Origin: Candidatus Latescibacterota bacterium | Lineage (GTDB): Bacteria > Latescibacterota > UBA2968 | Length of the DNA stretch: 64,000 nucleotides | NCBI GenBank assembly: GCA_965205975.1 | Contig: OZ242195.1 | Location: 1,408,001-1,472,000, forward strand | Direction of reading: 5' to 3' | Shown here: one piece after another, positions 53,967 through 63,629 of the stretch | How positions within the stretch are numbered: the first letter of the stretch is position 1 | How the letters are laid out: the number at the start of each line of letters is the position of its first letter | Position numbers and translations under genes: made by a program | The notes under the pieces: generated by a model | The model's database searches: none | Told to the model about the DNA's origin: nothing | Seen by the model: the letters and a program-made list of their open reading frames with translations, nothing else

Positions 53967-56900
53967 ATGATGAAATGTGGGATTGTTGTTGTGATGGTGG
54001 GAATGCTTTTTGTTGCACAGATTTTCGGTGCTGATAGCGATGTCGTGATCAATGAGGTCCTTGCAGATCCGCCAGCAGGAGAAAGGGGAGATGCCAATAG
54101 GGATGGTGATAGGCACGGCAGTCAGGATGAGTTTGTGGAAATACTGAATACCGGATTGGATACTATTGCGATTGGTGGGTGGGAATTGTCAGATCGTGGA
54201 ACCGATGCGAGCAACCGTTTCGCTTTCCCGTCAGGAACAGTGATTGCACCGGGCGAATACATCGTGCTTTTTGGTGGTGGTGATATAACAAAAATTAAAT
54301 CTGAATTTGAGGGCCAGGTCTTTGTCGATGACGGCAAGATCGGTGGGGGATTGACCAATGGGGGAGACGCGGTATTTCTCATAAAAACGGAAGGCGATAC
54401 GATTGCAAAAGCAGAATGGGGTAAAGAAGGGGGTAAGGACCAATCCCTGGTGCGCTATCCGGAAGGGACTGGCGGGTGGGTGTTGCACAGTGCTGATCCT
54501 GGCAAGGGATTGTTTTCGCCAGGCAAATCGCGGTCGCTTTTCGACAAACTCGAGTCTCTACCCGAATATTTGGACCTGATAGAAGGAGAGTTCGTTTCAC
54601 TGATCCCCGTGATTTATAGCTACGAAACTGGGGAAACAAGGCGTATTGAAGACGAAGTTTTATGGGTATCGTGGGATACCACTGTCGTGCGAATCGAACA
54701 CGGCGATAAGGTGGTTGCCGTGCGTGCTGGTGAGACAGAAGTTGGGTTTTTCTGGCGTGGTCGCGAGAGTCTTCACACATATATCCGGGTGTTGGAAAAG
54801 GAAAAGCCGCCCCTGGTGATCTCAGAGGTGTATCCCAATCCCGCCTGGGGCGATGCAGGCGATACCAACGGCGACGGGGTGCGGCATACTTATCAGGATG
54901 AATTTATCGAAGTGGCGAATCAGGGCAAGAATCCCATCGATATTGGTGGCTATTTCCTCGGTGATGACGATGCCTCAATAGATCGCCTATTTCGATTTCC
55001 CGATAACACAGTGCTCGATACACAAGCAGTTGTCGTGCTCTTTGGCGGGGGGGACATGCCCCTTAGCGAGCGAATATTTGCCGATGACGGGCGCATTGGC
55101 GATGGCCTGTCCAATTGGAGCGATACCGTGCAGCTATTGGCACCAGATAGCAGTACGGTGGCCGCTTCAATGGTATATGAACGCTCGACCAGAGGCGTAT
55201 CTTTTGTCAGAGACGATAATGGCAATTATGTCTTGCACAATCAGATATACGAAGAGGATTCAACTTCAGTCGGACGCTTAAAACCTGGAGATGATCCGAT
55301 TGAGCCTGAAGGATTGACCGATTCATTAACTATCCCGGATGGTATCGTATTTTCCGAAATCCTGATGCTCCCCGAACAGGTAGATGCCAACAACGATGGG
55401 ATTGTCGATCGGCATGCAGATGCTTTTGTCGAATTGACCAATATCGGCGTTGATACCCTCGACCTGAGCGGATGGATGATCGGCGATGACGATATCATTG
55501 TCTCTCGATTCTTTCCCTTTCCAGATAATGTCGTGCTCGTGCCCGGCGGTTATATCACTATTTTTGGTGGTGGGACACCTGTGGGTATTCCCGGTACTGT
55601 CTTGTCTGCCGGGGGTCAGATTGGCAATGGACTCAGTAGCGGTGGCGATGTCGTCCACCTGATCATGTCCGATGGTAAGACCGTGGTGCGGTCTGTGCGC
55701 GTGCCAAAAGCGACACCAGATGTTTCATGGCTGTTCTCGCCTGATGATCCTCCAAAGTTGCATCCCCAAATCCCCGACAGGCACGCGATGTCGCCAGGCA
55801 CATCATCAGACGGACAGGAAGGGCCTTCTATAGATACAACAAATCGAGACACGCTCAACACACAACTTCTCAAAGACCTTGTGATCTCTGAAGTCTATCC
55901 CAATCCCGCCGCAGGCGATGCTGGCGATACCAACGGCGATGGGGGGCGACACACCTATCAGGATGAGTTTGTCGAGATAGCTAATTTGGGCGCGCATCCC
56001 ATCGATATTGGTGGCTATTACCTCGGTGATGACGATGTACCTGTAGAAAAACTTTTTCGATTCCCCGAGAGTACAGTGCTCGATACGCAAGCAGTCGTAG
56101 TGCTCTTTGGCGGAGGGGATATGCCCGTTAGCGAGCGGATATTTGCCGATGACGGTCGCATTGGCGATGGCCTGTCCAATGGAGGCGATACCGTGCAGCT
56201 GTTGGCGTCAGATGGAAGCACAGTGATCTCCAAAATGACGTATGAAAACGCGCCCAAAGGTATATCATTCGCGAGAGACGATAATGGCAATTATCTGTTA
56301 CACAATCAGATATACGAAGAAGAGTCTATCTCTGTCGGACGCTTAGGACAGGACGTTGATCCGGATCAACACGAAGGACTAACTGTCTCCAATGGCATCG
56401 TATTTTCCGAAATCCTGATGCTCCCCGAACAGGTAGATGCCAACAACGATGGAATTGTCGATCGGCATGCAGACGCTTTTGTCGAATTGACCAATATCGG
56501 TGTTGATACCCTCGACCTGAGCGGATGGATGATCGGTGATGACGATATCATTGTCTCTCGATTCTTTCCTTTTCCCGATGATGTCGTGCTCGTACCCGGC
56601 GGTTATATCACCATTTTTGGTGGGGGAACACCTGTGGGTATTCCCGGTACTGTCTTGTCTGCCGAGGGTCAGATTGGCAATGGATTCAGTAGCGGTGGCG
56701 ATGTCGTCCATCTGATCATGCCCGATGGTAAGACCGTGGTGCGGTCTGTGCGCGTGCCAAAAGCGACACCAGATATTTCATGGCTGTTCTCGCCTGATGC
56801 CCCTCCAAAGTTACATCCCCAAATCTCAGGCAGGCACGCGATGTCGCCGGGCACATCATCAATTTCGGCGGCGGAATCGGACACCCTGATTGGTGTGGAT

Positions 56901-57272
56901 GGCGTATCGGGAAAACCCAGTGTTTCTGAGGGGAAAGACCAGACGGTTAACAGTCCTATCTCTGACGATTCTAAACTTAGTGGTCTGGCAATGGAGGATC
57001 ACAAATGGGGCATTTACCCATCACCCAATCCTTTCAATACAGCCACTGTATTGGGTTTTTATACGGCAGGAGGCCCTGTTTATGTAACTATATATAACAT
57101 CCTGGGACAACCCATCAGACGGTTGGTTCAACAACATTTACCTGCCGGATATTATCGACGTATATGGGATGGTAAAAATGATTCTGGAGTATCTATGGGT
57201 TCTGGAATCTATATAGTTTTTCTAAAAGATAAGAAAGCGACATTTACACAGCGCGTCGCGCTCTTGAAGTGA
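53967..57272 (+). CDS. Secreted protein with five lamin-tail domains, one Ig-like domain and a C-terminal FlgD-Ig/T9SS-type-A-like domain
   Basis: Signal peptide; five VISEV...GDxNxDG...DEFVEI.N.....DI.G repeats; PNPFN...YNILGQPIRRL...WDGKNDSG...SGIY tail; GGGAGG RBS at ATG 53967. Confidence 0.88.
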   Translation: MMKCGIVVVMVGMLFVAQIFGADSDVVINEVLADPPAGERGDANRDGDRHGSQDEFVEILNTGLDTIAIGGWELSDRGTDASNRFAFPSGTVIAPGEYIVLFGGGDITKIKSEFEGQVFVDDGKIGGGLTNGGDAVFLIKTEGDTIAKAEWGKEGGKDQSLVRYPEGTGGWVLHSADPGKGLFSPGKSRSLFDKLESLPEYLDLIEGEFVSLIPVIYSYETGETRRIEDEVLWVSWDTTVVRIEHGDKVVAVRAGETEVGFFWRGRESLHTYIRVLEKEKPPLVISEVYPNPAWGDAGDTNGDGVRHTYQDEFIEVANQGKNPIDIGGYFLGDDDASIDRLFRFPDNTVLDTQAVVVLFGGGDMPLSERIFADDGRIGDGLSNWSDTVQLLAPDSSTVAASMVYERSTRGVSFVRDDNGNYVLHNQIYEEDSTSVGRLKPGDDPIEPEGLTDSLTIPDGIVFSEILMLPEQVDANNDGIVDRHADAFVELTNIGVDTLDLSGWMIGDDDIIVSRFFPFPDNVVLVPGGYITIFGGGTPVGIPGTVLSAGGQIGNGLSSGGDVVHLIMSDGKTVVRSVRVPKATPDVSWLFSPDDPPKLHPQIPDRHAMSPGTSSDGQEGPSIDTTNRDTLNTQLLKDLVISEVYPNPAAGDAGDTNGDGGRHTYQDEFVEIANLGAHPIDIGGYYLGDDDVPVEKLFRFPESTVLDTQAVVVLFGGGDMPVSERIFADDGRIGDGLSNGGDTVQLLASDGSTVISKMTYENAPKGISFARDDNGNYLLHNQIYEEESISVGRLGQDVDPDQHEGLTVSNGIVFSEILMLPEQVDANNDGIVDRHADAFVELTNIGVDTLDLSGWMIGDDDIIVSRFFPFPDDVVLVPGGYITIFGGGTPVGIPGTVLSAEGQIGNGFSSGGDVVHLIMPDGKTVVRSVRVPKATPDISWLFSPDAPPKLHPQISGRHAMSPGTSSISAAESDTLIGVDGVSGKPSVSEGKDQTVNSPISDDSKLSGLAMEDHKWGIYPSPNPFNTATVLGFYTAGGPVYVTIYNILGQPIRRLVQQHLPAGYYRRIWDGKNDSGVSMGSGIYIVFLKDKKATFTQRVALLK
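54813..56860 (+). repeat. Tandem duplication of a two-LTD block (offset about 1,053-1,065 bp)
   Basis: 54813 aligns with 55878 and 55341 aligns with 56394. Confidence 0.9.
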
Positions 57273-57306
57273 GTGGCAAAATCTAATAGAAGGGAGGTGA
57301 AACAGG

Positions 57307-57588
57307 ATGGCACAACCCGAAATTACATTTCGTCATGGTCTGTGCAGCGCTTCGATTTTCGAAAATGAATACACGCGAGGTGGAGATTCTTTCACCGTAC
57401 GCACGGTTTCTTTTCAGAGAAGTTATTTGGACAAAGATGGGAATTGGCAAAGGACCAATAGCCTGAACGTAAACGACATTCCCAAAGCCGTATTGGTGTT
57501 GAATAAAGCGTATGAGTTTTTGACATCGAACAGCCAGGCTGAAGCAGAAGTAGATGATGCGGCAGCAATAGCAGATGAACAGGCTTGA
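57307..57588 (+). CDS. Small PC4/PUR-like putative ssDNA-binding protein
   Basis: GGAGGT RBS; ASIFEN...VSFQRSYLDKDGNWQRTNSL...DIPK; acidic tail. Confidence 0.7.
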   Translation: MAQPEITFRHGLCSASIFENEYTRGGDSFTVRTVSFQRSYLDKDGNWQRTNSLNVNDIPKAVLVLNKAYEFLTSNSQAEAEVDDAAAIADEQA

Positions 57589-57612
57589 GGAAAGGGTGAT
57601 GTTATATTAATA

Positions 57613-57645
57613 AAAGAAGGTCCGGCTATTCGCTGGACCTTCTTT
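57613..57645. terminator. Bidirectional intrinsic terminator
   Basis: AAAGAAGGTCCGGC-TATTC-GCTGGACCTTCTTT between convergent genes. Confidence 0.8.
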
Positions 57646-57725
57646 GCATGCCTGTTGATTTTAAGGTAATACTTATACTGCTCCGTTTGCAGTGTAAACT
57701 TGTGTATTATGACTAAATTTCTATC

Positions 57726-58022
57726 CTATGCATCCAAAGGCTCGTGCAATGCTTTCTTGATTAAAACACCGGCTTTGAAATAGCTCTTTCTCCGAGCCGG
57801 AACATAAACAATCTCACCTGTGCGAGGGTTGCGTGCAGCGGGTTTCGGTTTGGTCGGCTTGATACCCAGCACGCCAAATCCCCTGATTTCGATCCGATCA
57901 CCGTCAATCAGATTTTCTCGCATAGCGTTAAAAAGCGTATTTACAATCTCATAAGCGAGTTGCTTTTTAATTCCCAGACGATCAGATATTTTTAATGCTA
58001 TATCCTTTTTTGTCATTGTCAT
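57726..58022 (-). CDS. Integration host factor / HU family DNA-binding protein
   Basis: MTKKDI, RIEIRGFG, ARNPRTGE.V.VPARR..YFKAG. Confidence 0.95.
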   Translation of the reverse strand: MTMTKKDIALKISDRLGIKKQLAYEIVNTLFNAMRENLIDGDRIEIRGFGVLGIKPTKPKPAARNPRTGEIVYVPARRKSYFKAGVLIKKALHEPLDA

Positions 58023-58183
58023 TCGATCCTCCCATTTCACTGGTATTATCAAGGCATTAGGCTAATATATAACCCCGAACCCCTGATATGCAAGACAAAA
58101 ATGTTTCATAGTGTCACAAAATTGAAAAATTGCTTTTGCTTTGTATGTCGCTTATTTTATTATCGTTAGTGAGGATAATGTCC

Positions 58184-59011
58184 ATGAAATCAAAACCGGA
58201 AACCAGTGTAATACACCGCGTCACGCGGTATGATGGCTCTATTGGCAAATCTGTAAATGATGAGCTGGTCGTAGAAGAGCCACTTGAAATTCGCGTTGCC
58301 GGAGAATCCGTTGCCGTGACCATGCGAACGCCGGGGGCGGACCGCGCTCTTGCGCTGGGATTTCTGTATGGTGAGGGCATCATCAGTGAAATCCGCGATG
58401 TCGGGCGTGCGGAACACTGTGGGCGCCCGGGGACTCCTGAGTATGGAAATGTCATCGATGTTCTCCCTCACCCGGGCGAGATGCTTGATCCCGAAAGGAT
58501 TCGAGCAGGACGAAGAGGTACACTGATTTCATCGGCCTGCGGGGTATGTGGACGCGAGCAGATAGAAGATATGATGCAGCGGTGCCAACCCATTGGCGAC
58601 GTCCGTGCCGTTCAAGCGGCAATGATTTTTTTTGCACAGGAGCAAATGCGTCAATCCCAATACGTGTTTGCACAAACAGGGGGGGTTCATGCTGCTGCCG
58701 CATTTTCTGAAACAGGGGATATGTATTGCTGTTTTGAAGATATTGGCCGGCACAATGCAGTAGATAAGGTTGTAGGGCATTTGCTCGAAACGCATAATAT
58801 AGTAGAAAGGGAGGGAGTTCAGATACTCGCGGTAAGTAGCAGAGCGAGTTTTGAAATCGTGCAAAAGGCCGTTGTTGCGCGCATACCTGTCGTGGTTGCC
58901 GTATCTGCGGCGAGTTCATTGGCAGCAGATCTTGCGCAGGCGATGGGAATAACCCTCATTGGCTTTGCACGCGATAAAAGGATGGTCGTTTATACAGGAT
59001 CTGTGCGATAG
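58184..59011 (+). CDS. fdhD: Formate dehydrogenase accessory sulfurtransferase
   Basis: EEPLEI, TMRTPG, SSACGVCG, TGGVHAAA, EDIGRHNAVDK. Confidence 0.96.
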   Translation: MKSKPETSVIHRVTRYDGSIGKSVNDELVVEEPLEIRVAGESVAVTMRTPGADRALALGFLYGEGIISEIRDVGRAEHCGRPGTPEYGNVIDVLPHPGEMLDPERIRAGRRGTLISSACGVCGREQIEDMMQRCQPIGDVRAVQAAMIFFAQEQMRQSQYVFAQTGGVHAAAAFSETGDMYCCFEDIGRHNAVDKVVGHLLETHNIVEREGVQILAVSSRASFEIVQKAVVARIPVVVAVSAASSLAADLAQAMGITLIGFARDKRMVVYTGSVR

Positions 59012-59043
59012 GGTGGGAGAAGGAAGTCTCGCATTCTACTATA

Positions 59044-59071
59044 AGCGGTTGGGCTGGTTGGCCTAACCGCT
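59044..59071 (+). terminator. Hairpin downstream of fdhD
   Basis: AGCGGTTGGGC-N6-GCCTAACCGCT. Confidence 0.6.
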
Positions 59072-59148
59072 AAATTTTGCCATCTATGGGAACACTATTT
59101 GCAAATTTCAGGTCTAATCGTTGGCAATGGTAAAAGAGGAGCATACTA

Positions 59149-60042
59149 ATGGTCATTCGGATTTCAAACCTGACAAAAGTATATCGCCGTGGCGCAGTTC
59201 CCGCCCTGGACGATGTCACATTGACCATTCCTCACGGAACATTTGGTCTGTTGGGACCCAACGGTGCGGGCAAAACAACGTTGATTAAAATTTTATCGAC
59301 TCAGATGGACGCATCGAGCGGCAACGTGACCATGGATGAATTCGATCTGGTAAAAGACCGCACAGAAATTCGCCGGCGTCTGGGATATTTGCCTCAGCAT
59401 TTTGGGACTTATCCCCAACTGACTGCTTGGGAATTTCTCGATTATATGGCTGTTCTGGGCGGTATGCACAATAGAACAGCGCGTCTAAATCGCGTGGAGC
59501 AGGCTTTAAATGAAGTCGGATTGTACGAAGCGCGCAATCGGCGCTCGGGCACGTTTTCCGGGGGCATGATGCGCCGCCTTGGTATTGCACAGACCATTTT
59601 GACCAATCCAGAGTTTCTCATTGTCGATGAACCCACCGTGGGACTTGACCCGGAAGAACGCATCCGGTTCCGGGGTATTTTGGGACGCTTGAGCAGTGAT
59701 CGCGCAATTTTGATTTCCACGCATATTGTGGGCGATATTTCAAGCACCTGCGAAGATCTCGCGGTCCTGGATACCGGACGGCTGATCTTTCGCGGTTCTC
59801 CCGGAGCACTCATTTCAAAAGCCGATGGCAAAACGTGGGAAGTGCAGGTTGATGACGCTGGCTTTGAAATGCTGTCGCGCGTGTTTCGCGTAGTCACAGT
59901 AAATGTTGAGGGCGACATGATGCGTTTGCGTATGGTGGGCGATGGCGAGCCACCCGCTGATGCCGAAGCAGTCGCGCCCAATCTCGAAGATGCCTATGTC
60001 TATTTCGTCGGAGGCGATACCACAGGCGAAATCGCCGCGTAA
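59149..60042 (+). CDS. ABC-2 type transporter ATP-binding protein
   Basis: GPNGAGKTT, GYLPQ, FSGGM, VDEPTVGLDP, STH. Confidence 0.95.
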   Translation: MVIRISNLTKVYRRGAVPALDDVTLTIPHGTFGLLGPNGAGKTTLIKILSTQMDASSGNVTMDEFDLVKDRTEIRRRLGYLPQHFGTYPQLTAWEFLDYMAVLGGMHNRTARLNRVEQALNEVGLYEARNRRSGTFSGGMMRRLGIAQTILTNPEFLIVDEPTVGLDPEERIRFRGILGRLSSDRAILISTHIVGDISSTCEDLAVLDTGRLIFRGSPGALISKADGKTWEVQVDDAGFEMLSRVFRVVTVNVEGDMMRLRMVGDGEPPADAEAVAPNLEDAYVYFVGGDTTGEIAA

Positions 60043-60054
60043 AGGACCAATACC

Positions 60055-63000
60055 ATGCTATCTATTTTCCACAATGTATGGGGCGTTGCGCGTTATGAGC
60101 GCAAAATGCTCTTGAGAACCACAAAATTCCGCATTTTGGGCGGCCTGGGCATGAGCATTCCCGTTTTGCTCGGCATCGGCTTTGCTATAGCAGAAGCCAA
60201 CGGTGCTGAACTGCCCGTGGGAATCGATTCTTATGTTCCATTTTTGGTGTATAGTTTCTTGCAGACCATTGTCATAGCATTTATTGTGGGAGATTTTAGA
60301 GCAGCGGATGAACAGGCGCATATTTACGAAGTTGTGGCCGGGCGACCCATTTCGACTGCGGAACTGGTTGCGGGTAAGTATTTGGGCATTGTTAGTGCGC
60401 TCGTCTTTTTGAGCCTGGGGGTTCTGCTTTTAACCCTGAGTATCCAGGCTGCAAAGATCAGCATGACAGGTAATCCATTTACAATAAAACCCTATATTGG
60501 GTACCTCGTATTCATGAACCTGCCCGCCCTGGTTTTTATGTCTTCTGTGACATTTTTTCTGGGGGCAGTGTTGCGGCGACAAGCGGCAGTTGCCCTGATT
60601 GTGATCGGGTATTTGTTGGCCGTCCTGTTATTCCTGGGCAGGCGATATGACGGCATCTACGACTTTGGTGCTTTTTTTATGCCTCTGTATTATTCCGACT
60701 TGATTGGTCTGGCAGATATTACGCAAGTGGGGCTACAACGCCTGTTTTATGTCTTGCTCGGCATTGGATTTTTTGGCTTTTCAATCGATTGGTATCCCCG
60801 TCTTGCACATTCCACAGTCGCGCGGTGGTTTGGCCGCGGATGCGCGCTGACCGGTTTTGGTCTGGCTGTGGGGCTTTACTTTTATATAGATGCAGAGGCA
60901 CAAGACCGGACAGCGTATCGCAATTCACAGTTAGAGCAACAGGAAGCGGTTGCGAATATTCCCGTCGCGGAAATAACCCATTACGATCTGGCATTGACGC
61001 TTTTGGGAGAGGAGCCGCTTGCTGCCTCAGGTACGATTAAATTGAGAAATCCTCACGAATCTCCGATCGATACGCTGATTCTTTTGATCAATCCCGGATT
61101 CAAAATCCAGAGCCTGACGCGCGGTGATGGCGGCACAATAGCGTGGGAGCGGACGGGAAGCGTGATTCGCGTCGTGCCCGATACCCCCCTGCAATCGGAG
61201 CGAGAACTCGATCTGGTGTTGGCTTATGCGGGTGATATCGACACGGATGGTTTTGATCTCAAACGGGAAAAAGCCAGACCAAAGTTACGCAAACGCGAAG
61301 GGCCATTTAATAAAGGATCTTTGACGGCGTGGATTCGCGACAATTCCGTCTTTTTGCCTCCGCGCAGCCGATGGTATCCCGTGACAGGCGTTGATTACGG
61401 CTATGAGGATGCGCGTGCGGTTTCTTTTTCAACGGCAAACTTGCAAATAACATATCCGCAAGGCATCGAAGTCATTACTCAGGGGCGGGTCGGCAAGACC
61501 GATACACTCGGCACACGGGTAACACGTCAGTGGATCGTCGAAAAACCCGTGCCTGTCCTATCGCTGAATGCGGGCGAATACCGCGTTTATAGCGCGACCA
61601 TTCACGACGTCGAATGCGCCCTTTACGCCCACCCATCGCATCTGCGTCCAGTCCGGTTTTTTGAAGGTGCCGAAGAAGAGATTTTGAGTGCGCTTGAGCA
61701 AATCATGGACGCAATGGAACAGGAATCGGGCATGAAATATCCCTATTCCAGCCTTTCTTTAGTAGAAATCCCCTTCCATGTTCAATGGTATTACGAAGGC
61801 TGGGAAGAAAAGGGCGGGTTGACGCAACCCGGCGTGTTGATGATTGAAGAAGATGTGTTCATGCGGCAGCAATTTACCCGCGATTTTAAGCGTTCTCAAG
61901 ATCGCTCGCGCGGCAATCGAGAACCCAAAGACATCAAAAAGGACCTTTTGGTACGCGCGGTTTTTTCGACCTTTTTTTCCCGAGAAGGAAATTCGGGCAG
62001 ACAGGGCCAGCCTGGCGGGTTATTTCGCAGTCCCGTTGTTCAGCTCTGGGCTTACGACAAGCAGTTTGTGGGCGAACATCATTCCCTTCTCAAAAAGGGC
62101 ATGCCCCTGTATCTCCAGAATGATTTGAGTACCGATATGACCTCTGCGTTTTATTCGAGCCAACGACGCGGTGGCGGGCGTGGTGGACCAGGCGGTCGCG
62201 ATGGTCCTGGTGGTCGCGGTGGTCCCGGTGGTCCCGGTGGTCGCTTCGGGTCGGGCGGGGGATCGGGTGCTGCCTGGGATACGTTGATTGCGAAAATGCA
62301 GCGAAAGTCGTTTGCCGATTTGAATCCCGAAAATCAAGCCGGCCTCTACCGCCAGGTTCTCGACGCCAAGGGACCCGCACTTTTTCAAATGATGGAATCT
62401 TTTTTGGGTGAGGAAACATTTCGCACGGTCTTAGACGACATAGACCACAATCACAAATACGAGGACATCGATTTTTCGACCTTCGAACGCGCCGCTGTGG
62501 GCGATACCACAGAAAGTGAAGAGAATCAAAAATTGCAACGCCTCGTCAACGACTGGCTTTTTAGTACAGAAATCCCGGGCTATACCCTCACAAGAGTCAA
62601 AGCTCTGAAGATGGACGACGGCTTTGGAATGGTGGTCTATCAATTGATTCTACGGATTAAGAATAGCGAACCGGGCAGGGGATATGTGCAAATTACAGCT
62701 ACGGGGCGGGGCGATGAAGCCCTGAAAGGCGTCGAAATTGAAGGTGGACAGGAAATTGAAGTTTCAATGGTTTTGTGGGAACAGCCCTTCAGGGTGATGG
62801 TCGAACCCTTTTTTGCACGCAATCGGCGGCCTCTGATGTCCCCCGTGCGCGTCCCCGAAGATGTCACAGAGGGCTTTCCGGTCGCTTATGTCAAAGACGT
62901 GACGGGCGAAGATTCTGGCCCTCTTGAAATTATTGTAGATAATGACGACGACGGATTTTCAATGCCCGTGCGGCGCGCAACGCGCTACTTTCGGCCTGGA

Positions 63001-63537
63001 CTCAAAGGCGGCAACTGGCGCGAACAGGGCCTGCCAATGGCTTTTGGACGATTTGAGACAAATTATCGAAGAAAGTCCCCAGGGGATGGTGCACAGCCGG
63101 CTGTGTGGACAGCGCAAATTCCCAGAGACGGCGAGTTTGATGTAAGTTTCTATTTTGTCGATCCCGCAATGGCCAGGCGCATTCGAATTGCATCGACCTT
63201 TACACTCACTATTTTTCACGGGGGCAAAGCCGATACACTCGAAATAGAACGCGACCAGATGAAAGCGGGATGGAATTATCTGGGGCGATACAAATTTGCC
63301 GAGGGCGAAGAAGCTGTAGTTGAATTGTCCGACCGCGCAGAGAGGGGGCTCTATGCCGATGCCGTGCGATGGCGCTTTTTTGATCCGCAAAACCCCGATG
63401 CCTACGAAGATGAAATGCCCACTTTTACTGGACGCGGCAGAGGTGGACCAGGTGGCGGGGATGGTAGGCGAGGCGGCGGGGATGGTAGGCGAGGTCCCGG
63501 TGGTAACAGGGGTGGCGGCGGATTGTTGGGATTTTAA
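60055..63537 (+). CDS. ABC-2 permease fused to an M1-aminopeptidase-like ectodomain and a golvesin/Xly-type CBM-like domain
   Basis: About 6-7 N-terminal TM helices; ITHYDL, SRWYP and YPYSSLSLVEIP M1-like motifs; GWNYLG.YKF...ADAVRW; no HExxH. Confidence 0.78.
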   Translation: MLSIFHNVWGVARYERKMLLRTTKFRILGGLGMSIPVLLGIGFAIAEANGAELPVGIDSYVPFLVYSFLQTIVIAFIVGDFRAADEQAHIYEVVAGRPISTAELVAGKYLGIVSALVFLSLGVLLLTLSIQAAKISMTGNPFTIKPYIGYLVFMNLPALVFMSSVTFFLGAVLRRQAAVALIVIGYLLAVLLFLGRRYDGIYDFGAFFMPLYYSDLIGLADITQVGLQRLFYVLLGIGFFGFSIDWYPRLAHSTVARWFGRGCALTGFGLAVGLYFYIDAEAQDRTAYRNSQLEQQEAVANIPVAEITHYDLALTLLGEEPLAASGTIKLRNPHESPIDTLILLINPGFKIQSLTRGDGGTIAWERTGSVIRVVPDTPLQSERELDLVLAYAGDIDTDGFDLKREKARPKLRKREGPFNKGSLTAWIRDNSVFLPPRSRWYPVTGVDYGYEDARAVSFSTANLQITYPQGIEVITQGRVGKTDTLGTRVTRQWIVEKPVPVLSLNAGEYRVYSATIHDVECALYAHPSHLRPVRFFEGAEEEILSALEQIMDAMEQESGMKYPYSSLSLVEIPFHVQWYYEGWEEKGGLTQPGVLMIEEDVFMRQQFTRDFKRSQDRSRGNREPKDIKKDLLVRAVFSTFFSREGNSGRQGQPGGLFRSPVVQLWAYDKQFVGEHHSLLKKGMPLYLQNDLSTDMTSAFYSSQRRGGGRGGPGGRDGPGGRGGPGGPGGRFGSGGGSGAAWDTLIAKMQRKSFADLNPENQAGLYRQVLDAKGPALFQMMESFLGEETFRTVLDDIDHNHKYEDIDFSTFERAAVGDTTESEENQKLQRLVNDWLFSTEIPGYTLTRVKALKMDDGFGMVVYQLILRIKNSEPGRGYVQITATGRGDEALKGVEIEGGQEIEVSMVLWEQPFRVMVEPFFARNRRPLMSPVRVPEDVTEGFPVAYVKDVTGEDSGPLEIIVDNDDDGFSMPVRRATRYFRPGLKGGNWREQGLPMAFGRFETNYRRKSPGDGAQPAVWTAQIPRDGEFDVSFYFVDPAMARRIRIASTFTLTIFHGGKADTLEIERDQMKAGWNYLGRYKFAEGEEAVVELSDRAERGLYADAVRWRFFDPQNPDAYEDEMPTFTGRGRGGPGGGDGRRGGGDGRRGPGGNRGGGGLLGF

Positions 63538-63629
63538 TTTTCATCCGCAGAATGAAGGCGAGTAATGCGAGCATGAACGCAGATGGACGCAGATAATTTG
63601 AGAAATAGCAACCACAATGGAGGATGGCC

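Noticed and set aside
54813..56860. LTD block duplication as an assembly artefact
   Set aside because: The copies carry many substitutions and different linkers, consistent with a real, aged duplication.
63576..63594. Short tandem ACGCAGAT-GG-ACGCAGAT in an intergenic gap
   Set aside because: Only two 8-bp copies; insufficient evidence for a function.
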